Source: Squalus acanthias
Lineage: Eukaryota
Assembly: GCA_030390025.1 (NCBI GenBank)
Contig: JASTWF010000036.1
Location: 1,240,001 to 1,304,000, forward strand
Direction: 5' to 3'
DNA: 64,000 nucleotides
Made by a program: the position numbers and the translations under genes. The notes below the pieces were generated by a model. The model made no database searches. It was not told where the DNA came from and saw nothing but the letters and a program-made list of their open reading frames with translations. Positions 13,201-26,253 of this stretch are shown piece after piece; within the stretch, counting starts at the first letter, position 1, and each line of letters opens with the position of its first letter.

Positions 13201-16200
13201 CTGTCTCGCTCGTTCTCTCTCTGTCTCGCTCTCTCTGGCTCGCTCTCTCTGTCTCGCTCACTCTCTCTGTCTCTCTCTCTCTGTCTCTCCCTCTCTGTCT
13301 CTCTCTCTCTGTCTCGCTCTCTCTGTCTCGCTCTCTCTGTCTCGCTCTCTCTGTCTCGCTCTCTCTCTCTGTCTCTCTCTGTCTCGCTCTCTCTCTGTCT
13401 CACTCTCTCTGTCTCGATCTCTCTGTCTCGCTCGTTCTCTCTCTGTCTCACTCTCTCTGTCTCGCTCGTTCTCTCTCTGTCTCGCTCTCTCTGTCTCGCT
13501 CTCTCTGTCTCGCTCTCTCTCTGTCTTTCTCTCTGTCTCGCTCTCTCTCTGTCTGACTCTCTCTGTCTCGCTCTCTCTGTCTCGCTCGTTCTCTCTCTGT
13601 CTCACTCTCTCTGTCTCGCTCTCTCTGTCTCGCTCGTTCTCTCTCTGTCTCGCTCTCTCTGTCTCGCTCGCTCTCTCTGTCTCGCTCTCTCTCTGTCTCG
13701 CTCGCTCTCTGTGTCTCGCTCTCTCTGTCTCGCTCTCTCTCTGTCTCGCTCTCTCTGGCTCGCTCGTTCTCTCTCTGTCTCGCTATCTCTCTGTCTCGCT
13801 CTCTCTGTCTCGCTCTCTCTCTGTCTCGCTCTCTCTGGCTCGCTCGTTCTCTCTCTGTCTCGCTATCTCTCTGTCTCGCTCTCTCTGTCTCGCTCTCTCT
13901 CTGTCTTGCTCTCTCTGTCTCGCCATCTCTGTCTCGCTCTCTCTGTCTCGCTCGTTCTCTCTCTGTCTCGCTCTCTCTCTGTCTCGCTCGCTCTCTGTGT
14001 CTCGCTCTCTCTGTCTCGCTCTCTCTCTGTCTCGCTCTCTCTGGCTCGCTCGTTCTCTCTCTGTCTCGCTCTCTCTCTGTCTCGCTCTCTCTGTCTCGCT
14101 CTCTCTCTGTCTCGCTCTCTCTGTCTCGCTCTCTCTCTGTCTCGCTCTCTCTGTCTCGCTCACTCTCTCTGTCTCTCTCTCTCTGTCTCGCTCTCTCTGT
14201 CTCGCTCTCTCTCTGTCTCGCTCTCTCTGTCTCGCTCACTCTCTCTGTCTCGCTCTCTCTGTCTCGCTCTCTCTCTGTCTCGCTCTCTGTCTCGCTCACT
14301 CTCTCTGTCTCTCTCTCTCTGTCTCGCTCTCTCTGTCTCGCTCTCTCTCTGTCTCGCTCTCTCTGTCTCGCTCACTCTCTCTGTCTCGCTCTCTCTGTCT
14401 CGCTCTCTCTCTGTCTCGCTCTGTCTGTCTGGCTCACTCTCTGGCTCGCTCTCTCTGTCTCGCTCTCTCTGTCTCGCTCTCTCTGTCTCGCTCTCTCTGT
14501 CTCGCTCTCTCTCTCTGTCTCTCTCTGTCTCGCTCTCTCTCTGTCTCACTCTCTCTGTCTCGCTCTCTCTGTCTCGCTCGTTCTCTCTCTGTCTCACTCT
14601 CTCTGTCTCGCTCGTTCTCTCTCTGTCTCGCTCTCTCTGTCTCGCTCTCTCTGTCTCGCTCGCTCTGTCTCGCTCTCACTGTCTCGCTCTCTCTCTCTGT
14701 CTCTCGCTCTGTCTCGCTCTCTCTCTGTCTCATCCTCTCTGTCTCGCACTCTCTGTCTCGCTCGTTCTCTCTGTCTCGCTCTCTCTGTCTCGCTCGCTCT
14801 CTCTGTCTCGCTCTCTCTCTGTCTCGCTCGCTCTCTCTGTCTCGCTCTCTCTGTCTCGCTCTCTCTCTGTCTCGCTCTCTCTGGCTCGCTCGTTCTCTCT
14901 CTGTCTCGCTCTCTCTCTGTCTCGCTCTCTCTGTCTCGCTCTCTCTCTGTCTCGCTCTCTCTGTCTCGCTCTCTCTGTCTCGCTCTCTCTCTGTCTCGCT
15001 CTCTCTGTCTCGCTCACTCTCTCTGTCTCGCTCTCTCTGTCTCGCTCTATCTCTGTCTCGCTCTCTCTGTCTCGCTCACTCTCTCTGGCTCGCTCTCTCT
15101 GTCTCGCTCTCTCTGTCTCGCGCTCTCTGTCTCGCTCTCTCTCTGTCTCGCTCGCTCTCTCTGTCTCGCTCTCTCTGTCTCGCTCTCTCTCTGTCTCGCT
15201 CTCTCTGGCTCGCTCGTTCTCTCTCTGTCTCGCTCTCTCTCTGTCTCGCTCCCTCTGTCTCGCTCTCTCTCTGTCTCGCTCTCTCTCTGTCTCGCTCTCT
15301 CTCTGTCTCGCTCTCTCTGTCTCGCTTTCTCTGTCTCGCTCTCTCTGTCTCGCTCTCTCTGTCTCTCTCTCTCTGGCTCTCTCTCTCTCTCTGTCTCTCT
15401 CTCTCTGGCTCGCTCTCTCTCTGTCTCGCTCTCTCTCTGTCTCGCTCTCTCTCTGTCTCTCTCTGTCTCTCTCTCTCTGTCTCGCTCTCTCTGTCTCGCT
15501 CTCTCTGGCTCGCTCTCTCTGTCTCGCTCACTCTCTCTGTCTCGCTCACTCTCTCTGTCTCGTTCTCTCTCTGGCTCGCTCTCTCTGTCTCGCTCTCTCT
15601 CTGTCTCGCTCTCTCTCTGTCTCGCTCTCTCTGTCTCGCTCTCTCTGTCTCGCTCACTCTCTCTGTCTCGCTCTCTCTCTCTGTCTCGCTCTCTCTCTCT
15701 GTCCTCTCTCTGTCTCGCTCTCTCTCTGTCTCGCTGTCTCTGTCTCGCTCTCTCTGTCTCGCTCTCTCTGTCTCGCTCTCTCTGTCTCGCCCTCTCTCTC
15801 TGTCTCTCGCTCTGTCTCGCTCTCTCTCTGTCTCATCCTCTCTGTCTCGCACTCTCTGTCTCGCTCGTTCTCTCTCTGTCTCACTTTCTCTGTCTCGCTC
15901 TCTCTGTCTCGCTCGTTCTCTCTCTGTCTCGCTCTCTCTGTCTCGCTCGCTCTCTCTGTCTCGCTCTCTCTCTGTCTCGCTCGCTCTCTCTGTCTCGCTC
16001 TCTCTGTCTCGCTCTCTCTCTGTCTCGCTCTCTCTGGCTCGCTCGTTCTCTCTCTGTCTCGCTCTCTCTGTCTCGCTCTCTCTCTGTCTCACTCTCTCTG
16101 GCTCGCTCGTTCTCTCTCTGTCTCGCTCTCTCTCTGTCTCGCTCTCTCTGTCTCGCTCTCTCTCTGTCTCGCTCTCTCTGTCTCGCTCTCTCTGTCTCGC

Positions 16201-19200
16201 TCTCTCTCTGTCTCGTTCACTCTCTCTGTCTCGCTCTCTCTGTCTCGCTCTCTCTCTGTCTCGCTCTCTCTGTCTCGCTCACTCTCTCTGGCTCGTTCTC
16301 TCTGTCTCGCTCTCTCTTTCTCGCTCGCTCTCTCTGTCTCGCTCTCTCTCTGTCTCGCTCTCTCTCTGTCTCGCTCTCTCTGGCTCGCTCGTTCTCTCTC
16401 TGTCTCGCTCTCTCTCTGTCTCGCTCTCTCTGTCTCGCTCTCTCTCTGTCTCGCTCTCTCTCTGTCTCGCTCTCTCTCTGTCTCGCTCTCTCTGTCTCGC
16501 TTTCTCTGTCTCGCTCTCTCTGTCTCGCTCTCTCTGTCTCTCTCTCTCTGGCTCGCTCTCTCTCTGTCTCGCTCTCTCTCTGTCTCGCTCTCTCTCTGTC
16601 TCTCTCTGTCTCTCTCTCTCTGTCTCGCTCTCTCTGTCTCGCTCTCTCTGGCTCGCTCTCTCTGTCTCGCTCACTCTCTCTGTCTCGCTCACTCTCTCTG
16701 TCTCGTTCTCTCTCTGGCTCGCTCTCTCTGTCTCGCTCTCTCTCTGTCTCGCTCTCTCTCTGTCTCTCTCTCTCTGTCTCGCTCACTCTCTCTGTCTCGC
16801 TCTCTCTCTGTCTCGCTCTCTCTCTGTCTCGCTCTCTCTGTCTCGCTCTCTCTGTCTCGCTCTCTCTGTCTCACTCTCTCTGTCTCGCTCTCTCTGTCTC
16901 GCTCTCTCTGTCTCGCTCTCTCTGTCTCGCTCTCTCTCTGACTCGCTCACTCTTTCTGTCTCGCTGTCTTTGTCTCGCTCTCTCTGTCTCGCTCTCTCTC
17001 TGTCTCACTCTCTCTGTCTCGCTCTCTCTGTCTCGATCTCTCTGTCTCGCTCTCTCTGTCTCGCTCTCTCTGTCTCGCTCTCTCTGTCTCGCTCTCTCTG
17101 GCTCGCTCTCTCTCTGTCTCGCTCACTCTCTCTGTCTCGCTCTCTCTGTCTCGCTCTCTCTGTCTCGCTCACTCTCTCTGTCTCGTTCTCTCTCTGGCTC
17201 GATCTCTCTGTCTCGCTCACTCTCTCTGTCTCGTTCTCTCTCTGGCTCGCTCTCTCTGTCTCGCTCTCTCTCTGTCTCGCTCTCTCTGTCTCGCTCTCTC
17301 TGTCTCGCTCTCTCTCTGTCTCGCTCTCTCTGTCTCGCTCTCTCTCTGTCTCGCTCTCTCTGTCTCGCTCTCTCTGTCTCGCTCTCTCTCTGTCTCGCTC
17401 TCTGTCTCGCTCTCTCTGTCTCGCTCTCTCTCTGTCTCGCTCTCTCTGTCTCGCTCTCTCTGTCTCGCTCTCTCTGTCTCGCTCTCTCTCTGTCTCGCTC
17501 ACTCTCTCTGTCTCGCTCTCTCTGTCTCTCTCTGCCTCTCTCTCTCTGTCTCTCTCTGTCTCGCTCTCTCTCTGTCTCGCGCTCTCTGTCTCGCTCTCTC
17601 TGTCTCGCTCTTTCTGTCTCGCTCTCTCTCTGTCTCGCTCTCTCTGTCTCTCTCTCTCTGTCTCGCTCTCTCTGTCTCGCTCTCTCTGTCTCGCTCTCTC
17701 TGTCTCGCTCTCTCTCTGTCTCGCTCTCTCTGTCTCGCTCTCTCTGTCTCGCTCTCTCTGTCTCGCTCTCTCTGGCTCGCTCTCTCTCTGTCTCGCTCTC
17801 TCTGTCTCGCTCTCTCTGTCTCGCTCACTCTCTCTGTCTCGTTCTCTCTCTGGCTCGCTCTCTCTGTCTCGCTCACTCTCTCTGTCTCGTTCTCTCTCTG
17901 GCTCGCTCTCTCTGTCTCGCTCTCTCTCTGTCTCGCTCTCTCTGTCTCGCTCTCTCTGTCTCGCTCTCGCTCTGTCTCGCTCTCTCTGTCTCGCTCTCTC
18001 TCTGTCTCGCTCTCTCTGTCTCGCTCTCTCTGTCTCGCTCTCTCTCTGTCTCGCTCACTCTCTCTGGCTCGCTCTCTCTGTCTCTCTCTCTGTCTCACTC
18101 TCTCTCTGTCTCTCTCTCTCTGTCTCTCTCTGTCTCTCTCTCTCTGTCTCGCTCTCTCTGTCTCGCTCTCTCTGTCTCGCTCTCTGGCTCGCTCTCTGGC
18201 TCGCTCTCTCTGTCTCGCTCTCTCTGTCTCTCTCTCTCTCTCTGTCTCTCTCTCTCTGGCTCGCTCTCTCTGTCTCTCTCTCTCTGTCTCTCTCTCTGTC
18301 TCTCTCTCTCTGTCTCGCTCTCTCTCTGTCTCTCACTCTCTGTCTCGCTCTCTCTCTGTCTCGCTCTCTCTCTGTCTCGCGCTCTCTGTCTCGCTCTCTC
18401 TGTCTCGCTCTTTCTCTCTGTCTCGCTCTCTCTCTGTCTCGCTCTCTCTGTCTCTCTCTCTCTGTCTCGCTCTCTCTGTCTCGCTCTCTCTGTCTCGCTC
18501 TCTCTCTGTCTCACTCTCTCTGTCTCGCTCTCTCTGTCTCGATCTCTCTGTCTCGCTCTCTCTGTCTCGCTCTCTCTGTCTCGCTCTCTCTGTCTCGCTC
18601 TCTCTGTCTCGCTCTCTCTGTCTCTCTCTCTCTGGCTCTCCCTCTCTCTCTGTCTCTCTCTCTCTGGCTCGCTCTCTCTCTGTCTCGCTCTCTCTCTGTC
18701 TCGCTTTCTCTCTGTCTCTCTCTGTCTCTCTCTCTCTGTCTCGCTCTCTCTGTCTCGCTCTCTCTGGCTCGCTCTCTCTGTCTCGCTCACTCTCTCTGTC
18801 TCGCTCACTCTCTCTGTCTCGTTCTCTCTCTGGCTCGCTCTCTCTGTCTCGCTCTCTCTCTGTCTCGCTCTCTCTCTGTCTCGCTCTCTCTGTCTCGCTC
18901 TCTCTGTCTCGCTCACTCTCTCTGTCTCGCTCTCTCTCTGTCTCGCTCTCTCTCTCTGTCTCTCTCTGTCTCGCTCTCTCTCTGTCTCGCTGTCTCTGTC
19001 TCGCTGCTCTCTGTCTCGCTCTCTCTGTCTCGCTCTCTCTGTCTCGGTCTCTCTCTCTGTCTCTCGCTCTGTCTCGCTCTCTCTCTGTCTCATCCTCTCT
19101 GTCTCGCACTCTCTGTCTCGCTCGTTCTCTCTCTGTCTCACTTTCTCTGTCTCGCTCTCTCTGTCTCGCTCGTTCTCTCTCTGTCTCGCTCTCTCTGTCT

Positions 19201-22200
19201 CGCTCGCTCTCTCTGTCTCGCTCTCTCTCTGTCTCGCTCGCTCTCTCTGTCTCGCTCTCTCTGTCTCGCTCTCTCTGTCTCGCTCTCTCTGGCTCGCTCG
19301 TTCTCTCTGTGTCTCGCTCTCTCTGTCTCGCTCTCTCTCTGTCTCACTCTCTCTGGCTCGCTCGTTCTCTCTCTGTCTCGCTCTCTCTCTGTCTCGCTCT
19401 CTCTGTCTCGCTCTCTCTCTGTCTCGCTCTCTCTGTCTCGCTCTCTCTGTCTCGCTCTCTCTCTGTCTCGCTCTCTCTGTCTCGCTCACTCTCTCTGTCT
19501 CGCTCTCTCTGTCTCGCTCTCTCTCTGTCTCGCTCTCTCTGTCTCGCTCACTCTCTCTGGCTCGCTCTCTCTGTCTCGCTCTCTCTGTCTCGCTCGCTCT
19601 CTCTGTCTCGCTCTCTCTCTGTCTCGCTCGCTCTCTCTGTCTCGCTCTCTCTGTCTCGCTCTCTCTCTGTCTCGCTCTCTCTGGCTCGCTCGTTCTCTCT
19701 GTCTCGCTCTCTCTCTGTCTCGCTCTCTCTGTCTCGCTCTCTCTCTGTCTCGCTCTCTCTCTGTCTCGCTCTCTCTCTGTCTCGCTCTCTCTGTCTCGCT
19801 TTCTCTGTCTCGCTCTCTCTGTCTCGCTCTCTCTGTCTCTCTCTCTCTGGCTCGCTCTCTCTCTGTCTCGCTCTCTCTCTGTCTCGCTCTCTCTCTGTCT
19901 CTCTCTGTCTCTCTCTCTCTGTCTCGCTCTCTCTGTCTCGCTCTCTCTGGCTCGCTCTCTCTGTCTCGCTCACTCTCTCTTTCTCGCTCACTCTCTCTGT
20001 CTCGTTCTCTCTCTGGCTCGCTCTCTCTGTCTCGCTCTCTCTCTGTCTCTCTCTCTCTGTCTCGCTCACTCTCTCTGTCTCGCTCTCTCTCTGTCTCGCT
20101 CTCTCTCTGTCTCTCTCTCTCTGTCTCGCTCTCTCTGTCTCGCTCTCTCTGGCTCTCTCTCTCTGTCTCGCTCTCTCTGTCTCGCTCTCTCTGTCTCGCT
20201 CTCTGTCTCGCTCTCTCTGTCTCGCTCTCTCTCTGTCTCACTCTCTCTGTCTCGCTCTCTCTGTCTCGATCTCTCTGTCTCGCTCTCTCTGTCTCGCTCT
20301 CTCTGTCTCGCTCTCTCTGTCTCGCTCACTCTGGCTCGCTCTCTCTCTGTCTCGCTCACTCTCTCTGTCCTTGCTCTCTCTGTCTCGCTCTCTCTGTCTC
20401 GCTCACTCTCTCTGTCTCGTTCCTCTCTCTGGCTCGATCTCTCTGTCTCGCTCCCTCTCTCTGTCTCGTTCTCTCTCTGGCTCGCTCTCTCTGTCTCGCT
20501 CTCTCTCTGTCTCGCTCTCTCTGTTCTCGCTCTCACTGTCTCGCTCTCACTTGTCTCGCTCTCTCTGTCTCGCTCTCTCTCTGTCTCGCTCTCCTTGTCT
20601 CGCTCTCTCTGTCTCACTCTCTCTGTCTCGCTCCTCTGTCTCGCTCTCATCTGTCTCGCTCTCTCTCTGACTCGCTCACTCTTTCTGTCTCGCTGTCTCT
20701 GTCTCGCTCTCTCTGTCTCGCTCTCTCTGTCACGCTCACTCTCTCTGTCTCGTTCTCTCTATGGCTCGCTCTCTCTGTCTCGCTCTCTCTCTGTCTCGCT
20801 CTCTCTGTCTCGCTCTCTCTGTCTCGCTCTCTCTCTGTCTCGCTCTCTCTGTCTCGCTCACTCTCTCTGTCTCGCTCTTTCTCTCTGTCTCGCTCTCTCT
20901 CTGTCTCGCTCTCTCTGTCTCTCTCTCTCTGTCTCGCTCTCTCTGTCTCGCTCTCTCTGTCTCGCTCTCTCTGTCTTGCTCTCTCTGTCTCGCTCTCTCT
21001 CTGTCTCACTCTCTCGTCTCGCTCTCTCTGTCTCGATCTCTCTGTCTCGCTCTCTCTGTCTCGCTCTCTCTGTCTCGCTCTCTCTGTCTCGCTCTCTCTG
21101 GCTCGCTCTCTCTCTGTCTCGCTCACTCTCTCTGTCTCGCTCTCTCTGTCTCGCTCTCTCTGTCTCGCTCACTCTCTCTGTCTCGTTCTCTCTCTGGCTC
21201 GCTCTCTCTGTCTCGCTCACTCTCTCTGTCTCGTTCTCTCTCTGGCTCGCTATCTCTGTCTCGCTCTCTCTCTGTCTCGCTCTCTCTGTCTCGCTCTCAC
21301 TGTCTCGCTCTCTCTGTCTCGCTCTCTCTGTCTCGCTCTCTCTGTCTCGCTCTCTCTGTCTCGCTCTCTCTGTCTCGCTCTCTCTCTGTCTCGCTCTCTG
21401 TCTCGCTCTCTCTGTCTCGCTCTCTCTCTGTCTCGCTCTCTCTGTCTCGCTCTCTCTGTCTCGCTCTCTCTCTGTCTCGCTCACTCTCTCTGTCTCGCTC
21501 TCTCTGTCTCTCTCTCTCTCTGTCTCTCTCTGTCTCGCTCTCTCTCTGTCTCGCTCTCTCTGTCTTGCTCTCTCTCTGTCTCACTCTCTCTCTGTCTCTC
21601 TCTCTCTGTCTCGCTCTCTCTGTCTCGCTCTCTCTGTCTCGCTCTCTCTGTCTCGCTCTCTCTGTCTCTCTCTCTCTCTCTGTCTCTCTCTCTCTGTCTC
21701 TCTCTCTGGCTCGCTCTCTCTGTCTCTCTCTCTGTCTCTCTCTGTCTCTCTCTCTCTGTCTCGCTCTCTCTCTGTCTCGCTCTCTCTGTCTCGCTCTCTC
21801 TGTCTCGCTCTCTCTGTCTCGCTCTCTCTGTCTCTCTCTCTCTGTCTCGCTCTCTCTCTGTCTCTCTCTCTCTGTCTCGCTCTCTCTGTCTCGCTTTCTC
21901 TGTCTCGCTCTCTCTGTCTCTCTCTCTGTCTCTCTCTGTCTCTCTCTGTCTCGCTCTCTCTCTGTCTCGCTCTCTCTGTCTCGCTCACTCTCTGTCTCGC
22001 TCTCTCTCTGTCTCGCTCTCTCTCTGTCTCGCGCTCTCTGTCTCGCTCTCTCTGTCTCGCTCTTTCTCTCTGTCTCGCTCTCTCTCTGTCTCGCTCTCTC
22101 TGTCTCGCTCTCTCTGTCTCGCTCTCTCTGTCCCGCTCTCTCTCTGTCTCACTCTCTCTGTCTCGCTCTCTCTGTCTCGATCTCTCTGTCTCGCTCTCTC

Positions 22201-23525
22201 TGTCTCGCTCTCTCTGTCTCGCTCTCTCTGGCTCGCTCTCTCTCTGTCTCGCTCACTCTCTCTGTCTCGCTCTCTCTGTCTCGCTCTCTCTGTCTCGCTC
22301 ACTCTCTCTGTCTCGTTCTCTCTCTGGCTCGCTCTCTCTGTCTCGCTCACTCTCTCTGTCTCGTTCTCTCTCTGGCTCGCTCTCTCTGTCTCGCTCTCTC
22401 TCTGTCTCGCTCTCTCTGTCTCGCTCTCTCTGTCTCGCTCTCTCTCTGTCTCGCTCTCTCTGTCACGCTCTCTCTCTGTCTCGCTCTCTCTGTCTCGCTC
22501 TCTCTGTCTCGCTCTCTCTCTGTCTCGCTCTCTGTCTCGCTCTCTCTCTGTCTCGCTCTCTCTGTCTCGCTCTCTCTGTCTCGCTCTCTCTCTGTCTCGC
22601 TCACTCTCTCTGTCTCGCTCTCTCTGTCTCTCTCTCTCTCTGTCTCTCTCTGCCTCGCTCTCTCTGTCTTGCTCTCTCTGTCTCTCTCTCTCTCTGTCTC
22701 ACTCTCTCTCTGTCTCTCTCTCTCTGTCTCTCTCTGTCTCTCTCTCTCTGTCTCGCTCTCTCTGTCTCGCTCTCTCTGTCTCGCTCTCTGGCTCGCTCTC
22801 TCTGTCTCGCTCTCTCTGTCTCTCTCTCTCTCTCTGTCTCTCTCTCTCTGTCTCTCTCTCTGGCTCGCTCTCTCTGTCTCTCTCTCTCTGTCTCGCTCTC
22901 TCTGTCTCTCTCTCTGTCTCGCTCTCTCTGTCTCTCTCTCTCTGTCTCGCTCTCTCTGTCTCGCTCTCTCTGTCTCTCTCTCTCTGTCTCTCTCTGTCTC
23001 GCTCTCTCTCTGTCTCTCTCTCTCTGTCTCTCTCTCTCTGTCTCGCTCTCTCTGTCTCGCTCTCTCTGTCTCGCTCTCTCTCTGTCTCGCTCACTCTCTC
23101 TGTCTCGCTCTCTCTGTCTCGCTCTCTCTGGCTCGCTCTCTCTGTCTCTCTCTCTCTGTCTCGCTCTCTCTGTCTCGCTCTCTCTGTCTCGCTCTCTCTG
23201 TCTCTCTCTCTCTGTCTCGCTCTCTCTCTGTCTCTCTCTGTCTCGCTCTCTCTGTCTCGCTCTCTCTGTCTCGCTCTCTCTGTCTCTCTCTCTCTGTCTC
23301 TCTCTCTCTGTCTCGCTCTCTCTGTCTCGCTCTCTCTGTCTCGCTCTCTCTCTGTCTCGCTCACTCTCTCTGTCTCGCTCTCTCTCTGTCTCGCTCTCTC
23401 TGTCTCGCTCTCTCTGTCTCGCTCTCTCTGTCTCGCTCTGTCTCGCTCGCTCTCTCTGTCTCGCTCACTCTCGCTCTGTTTCGCTCGCTCTCGCTCTGTC
23501 TCGTTCACTCTCTTGCGCTCTCTCT
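1..23525. repeat. Giant compound CT-rich satellite, basic unit GTCTCG(CT)n (mostly 14-16 bp) with GGCTCG, CTCACT and CTCGTT variants; runs off the left edge
   Basis: Directly visible: the + strand is almost entirely C/T with regularly spaced GT/CG/GG interruptions. It ends at ~23,525, where unique sequence begins. Confidence 0.98.
11414..11786. other. Assembly gap (373 N) inside the satellite
   Basis: Run of n characters. Confidence 1.
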
Positions 23526-24283
23526 ATCTCTTCACTGACTTCAGCTCTCTGGCGGTGTTCTTTTTCACTGCATATTTTCTACTTAAATTAAAAAAAATTA
23601 GTCTTTGATTTTTTTTTACCATTATGTGAAAGGCATGCTGAGCATGGTAGGGGCGATGTGACATCTGGGAAAAGGAAATATGATGATGGTGCCTGCAGAT
23701 ACATACATATGTCGTAAGTTCCTTTGTATTCGGAGTTTTCCTGGCAGTGGATAGCTGAGACATGATTAAGTATGTATTAAAAAGTGCAAAATGTTGTCTG
23801 CTTTTCCTTTTTATTTGTCATTCTTTAGATGTGAAGAGGTGGATTTTCCTCCGTTATTCTGCCCGCAATTGGCAGAAAAGGGGCAAAAATTGGGCAGCAA
23901 GGCCTACTGCTGCCTCACCACCCCAACCTGAATTTCCCTCTCCTCTCCCGCCCCTGTTGGAGCGACCACTGGTCGATCCTTCACCACCCGCCCCATGTAA
24001 ATGCCAGTGGGGAGGGGAGGGTGCCGGGCTGGGTTCTTGGCCCATTTCCCTCCCGTCCATCCCTATGCCCTGGCACCGCCGGGTGAAGCCTGGCCGTAGT
24101 CCCTGGGGTAGTGGCAGGAAGCCCCCCCCCAACCGACCAAAATCTCTTGATGGAGGAAGAAAGCCTTGTACTAATCTCTTCCCCCTCCATTTCAGCATCC
24201 AACACTTACCACGGTCTCAGCCGAGGCCTTCAGTGGGAGGTTAGTTGAAGCCTTCGGAGCTCTAATGCAACTGTCCCACTCCA

Positions 24284-26252
24284 GGACCACTGGCATTTCC
24301 CCCTGGGCCACTGGCATTTCCCCCTGGGCCACTGGCATTTCCCCCTGGGCCACTGGCATTTCCCCCTGGGCCACTGGCATTTCCCTCTGGACCACTGGCA
24401 TTTCCCCCTGGACCACTGGCATTTCCCTCTGGACTGCTGGCATTTCCCTGTGGACCACTGGCATTTCCCTCTGGACTGCTGGCATTTCCCTCTGGACCAC
24501 TGGCATTTCCCCCTGGACCACTGGCATTTCCCTCTGGATTGCTGGCATTTCCCTCTGGACCACTGGCATTTCCCTCTGGACCACTGGCATTTCCCTCTGG
24601 ACCACTGGCATTTCCCCCTGGGCCACTGGCATTTCCCCCTGGGCCACTGGCATTTCCCCCTGGGCCACTGGCATTTCCCTCTGGACCACTGGCATTTCCC
24701 TCTGGACCTCTGGCATTTCCCTCTGGACCACTGGCATTTCCCCCATGGCCACTGGCATTTCCCCCTGGACCACTGGCATTTCCCCCTGGGCCACTGGCAT
24801 TTCCCCCTGGGCCACTGGCATTTCCCCCTGGGCCACTGGCATTTCCCTCTGGACCTCTGGCATTTCCCTCTGGACCGCTGGCATTTCCCCAATGGCCACT
24901 GGCATTTCCCCCTGGGCCACTGGCATTTCCCTCTGGACCTCTGGCATTTCCCTCTGGACCACTGGCATTTCCCCCTGGGCCACTGGCATTTCCCTCTGGA
25001 CCTCTGGCATTTCCCTCTGGACCACTGGCATTTCCCCCTGGACCACTGGCATTTCCCTCTGGACCTCTGGCATTTCCCCCTGGACCACTGGCATTTCCCT
25101 CTGGACCACTGGCATTTCCCTCTGGACCTCTGGCATTTTCCTCTGGACCACTGGCATTTCCCTCTGGACCACTGGCATTTCCCTCTGGCATTTCCCCCTG
25201 GACCTCTGGCATTTCCCCCTGGACCACTGGGATTTCCCTCTGGACTGCTGGCATTTCCCTGTGGACCACTGGCATTTCCCTCTGGACTGCTGGCATTTCC
25301 CTCTGGACCACTGGCATTTCTCTCTGGACCTCTGTCATTTCCCCCTGGACCTCTGGCATTTCCCCCTGGACCTCTGGCATTTCCCCCTGGACCGCTGGCA
25401 TTTCCCTCTGGACTGCTGGCATTTCCCTGTGGACCACTGGCATTTCCCTCTGGACTGCTGGCATTTCCCTCTGGACCACTGGCATTTCCCCCTGGACCAC
25501 TGGCATTTCCCTCTGGATTGCTGGCATTTCCCTCTGGACCACTGACATTTCCCTCTGGACCACTGGCATTTCCCTCTGGACCTCTGGCATTTCCCTCTGG
25601 ACCACTGGCATTTCCCTCTGGACCTCTGGCATTTCCCCCTGGACCTCTGGCATTTCCCTCTGGACCACTGGCATTTCCCTCTGGACCACTGGCATTTCCC
25701 TCTGGACCGCTGGCATTTCCCCCAATGGCCACTGGCATTTCCCTCTGGACCGCTGGCATTTCCCTCTGGACTGCTGGCATTTCCCTTTGGACCACTGGCA
25801 TTTCCCTCTGGACCTCTGGCATTTCCCTCTGGACTGCTGGCATTTCCCCCTGGGCCACTGGCATTTCCCCCTGGACTGCTGGCATTTCCCCAAAGGCCAC
25901 TGGCATTTCCCTCTGGACCACTGGCATTTCCCTCTGGACCACTGGCATTTCCCTCTGGACCTCTGGCATTTCCCCCTGGGCCACTGGGATTTCCCCCATG
26001 GCCACTGGCATTTCCCCCATGGGCTTTGGCATTTTTCTCTGGACCATTGGCATTTCCCCCTGGGCCACTGGCATTTCCCCCATGGCCACTGGCATTTCCC
26101 CCTGGGCCACTGGCATTTCCCCCATGGCCACTGGCATTTCCCCCATGGGCACTGGCATTTCTCTCTGGACCACTGGCATTTCCCTCTGGGCCACTGGCAT
26201 TTCCCCCATGGGCACTGGCATTTCTCTCTGGACCACTGGCATTTCCCTCTGG
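24284..26252. repeat. 21-bp minisatellite (consensus GGACCACTGGCATTTCCCTCT), ~94 copies
   Basis: Tandem units with variants (ggcc/gacc, ccc/cct, ccat); about 3 further units at 26,833-26,891. Confidence 0.97.
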
Positions 26253-26253
26253 T

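Noticed and set aside
65..23608. Giant ORFs of 900-5,400 aa (SLSLSRSLCLA... and ERERDRESET...)
   Set aside because: Artefacts of the CT satellite, which almost never generates stop codons; open in all frames, low complexity, and some read through the N gap.
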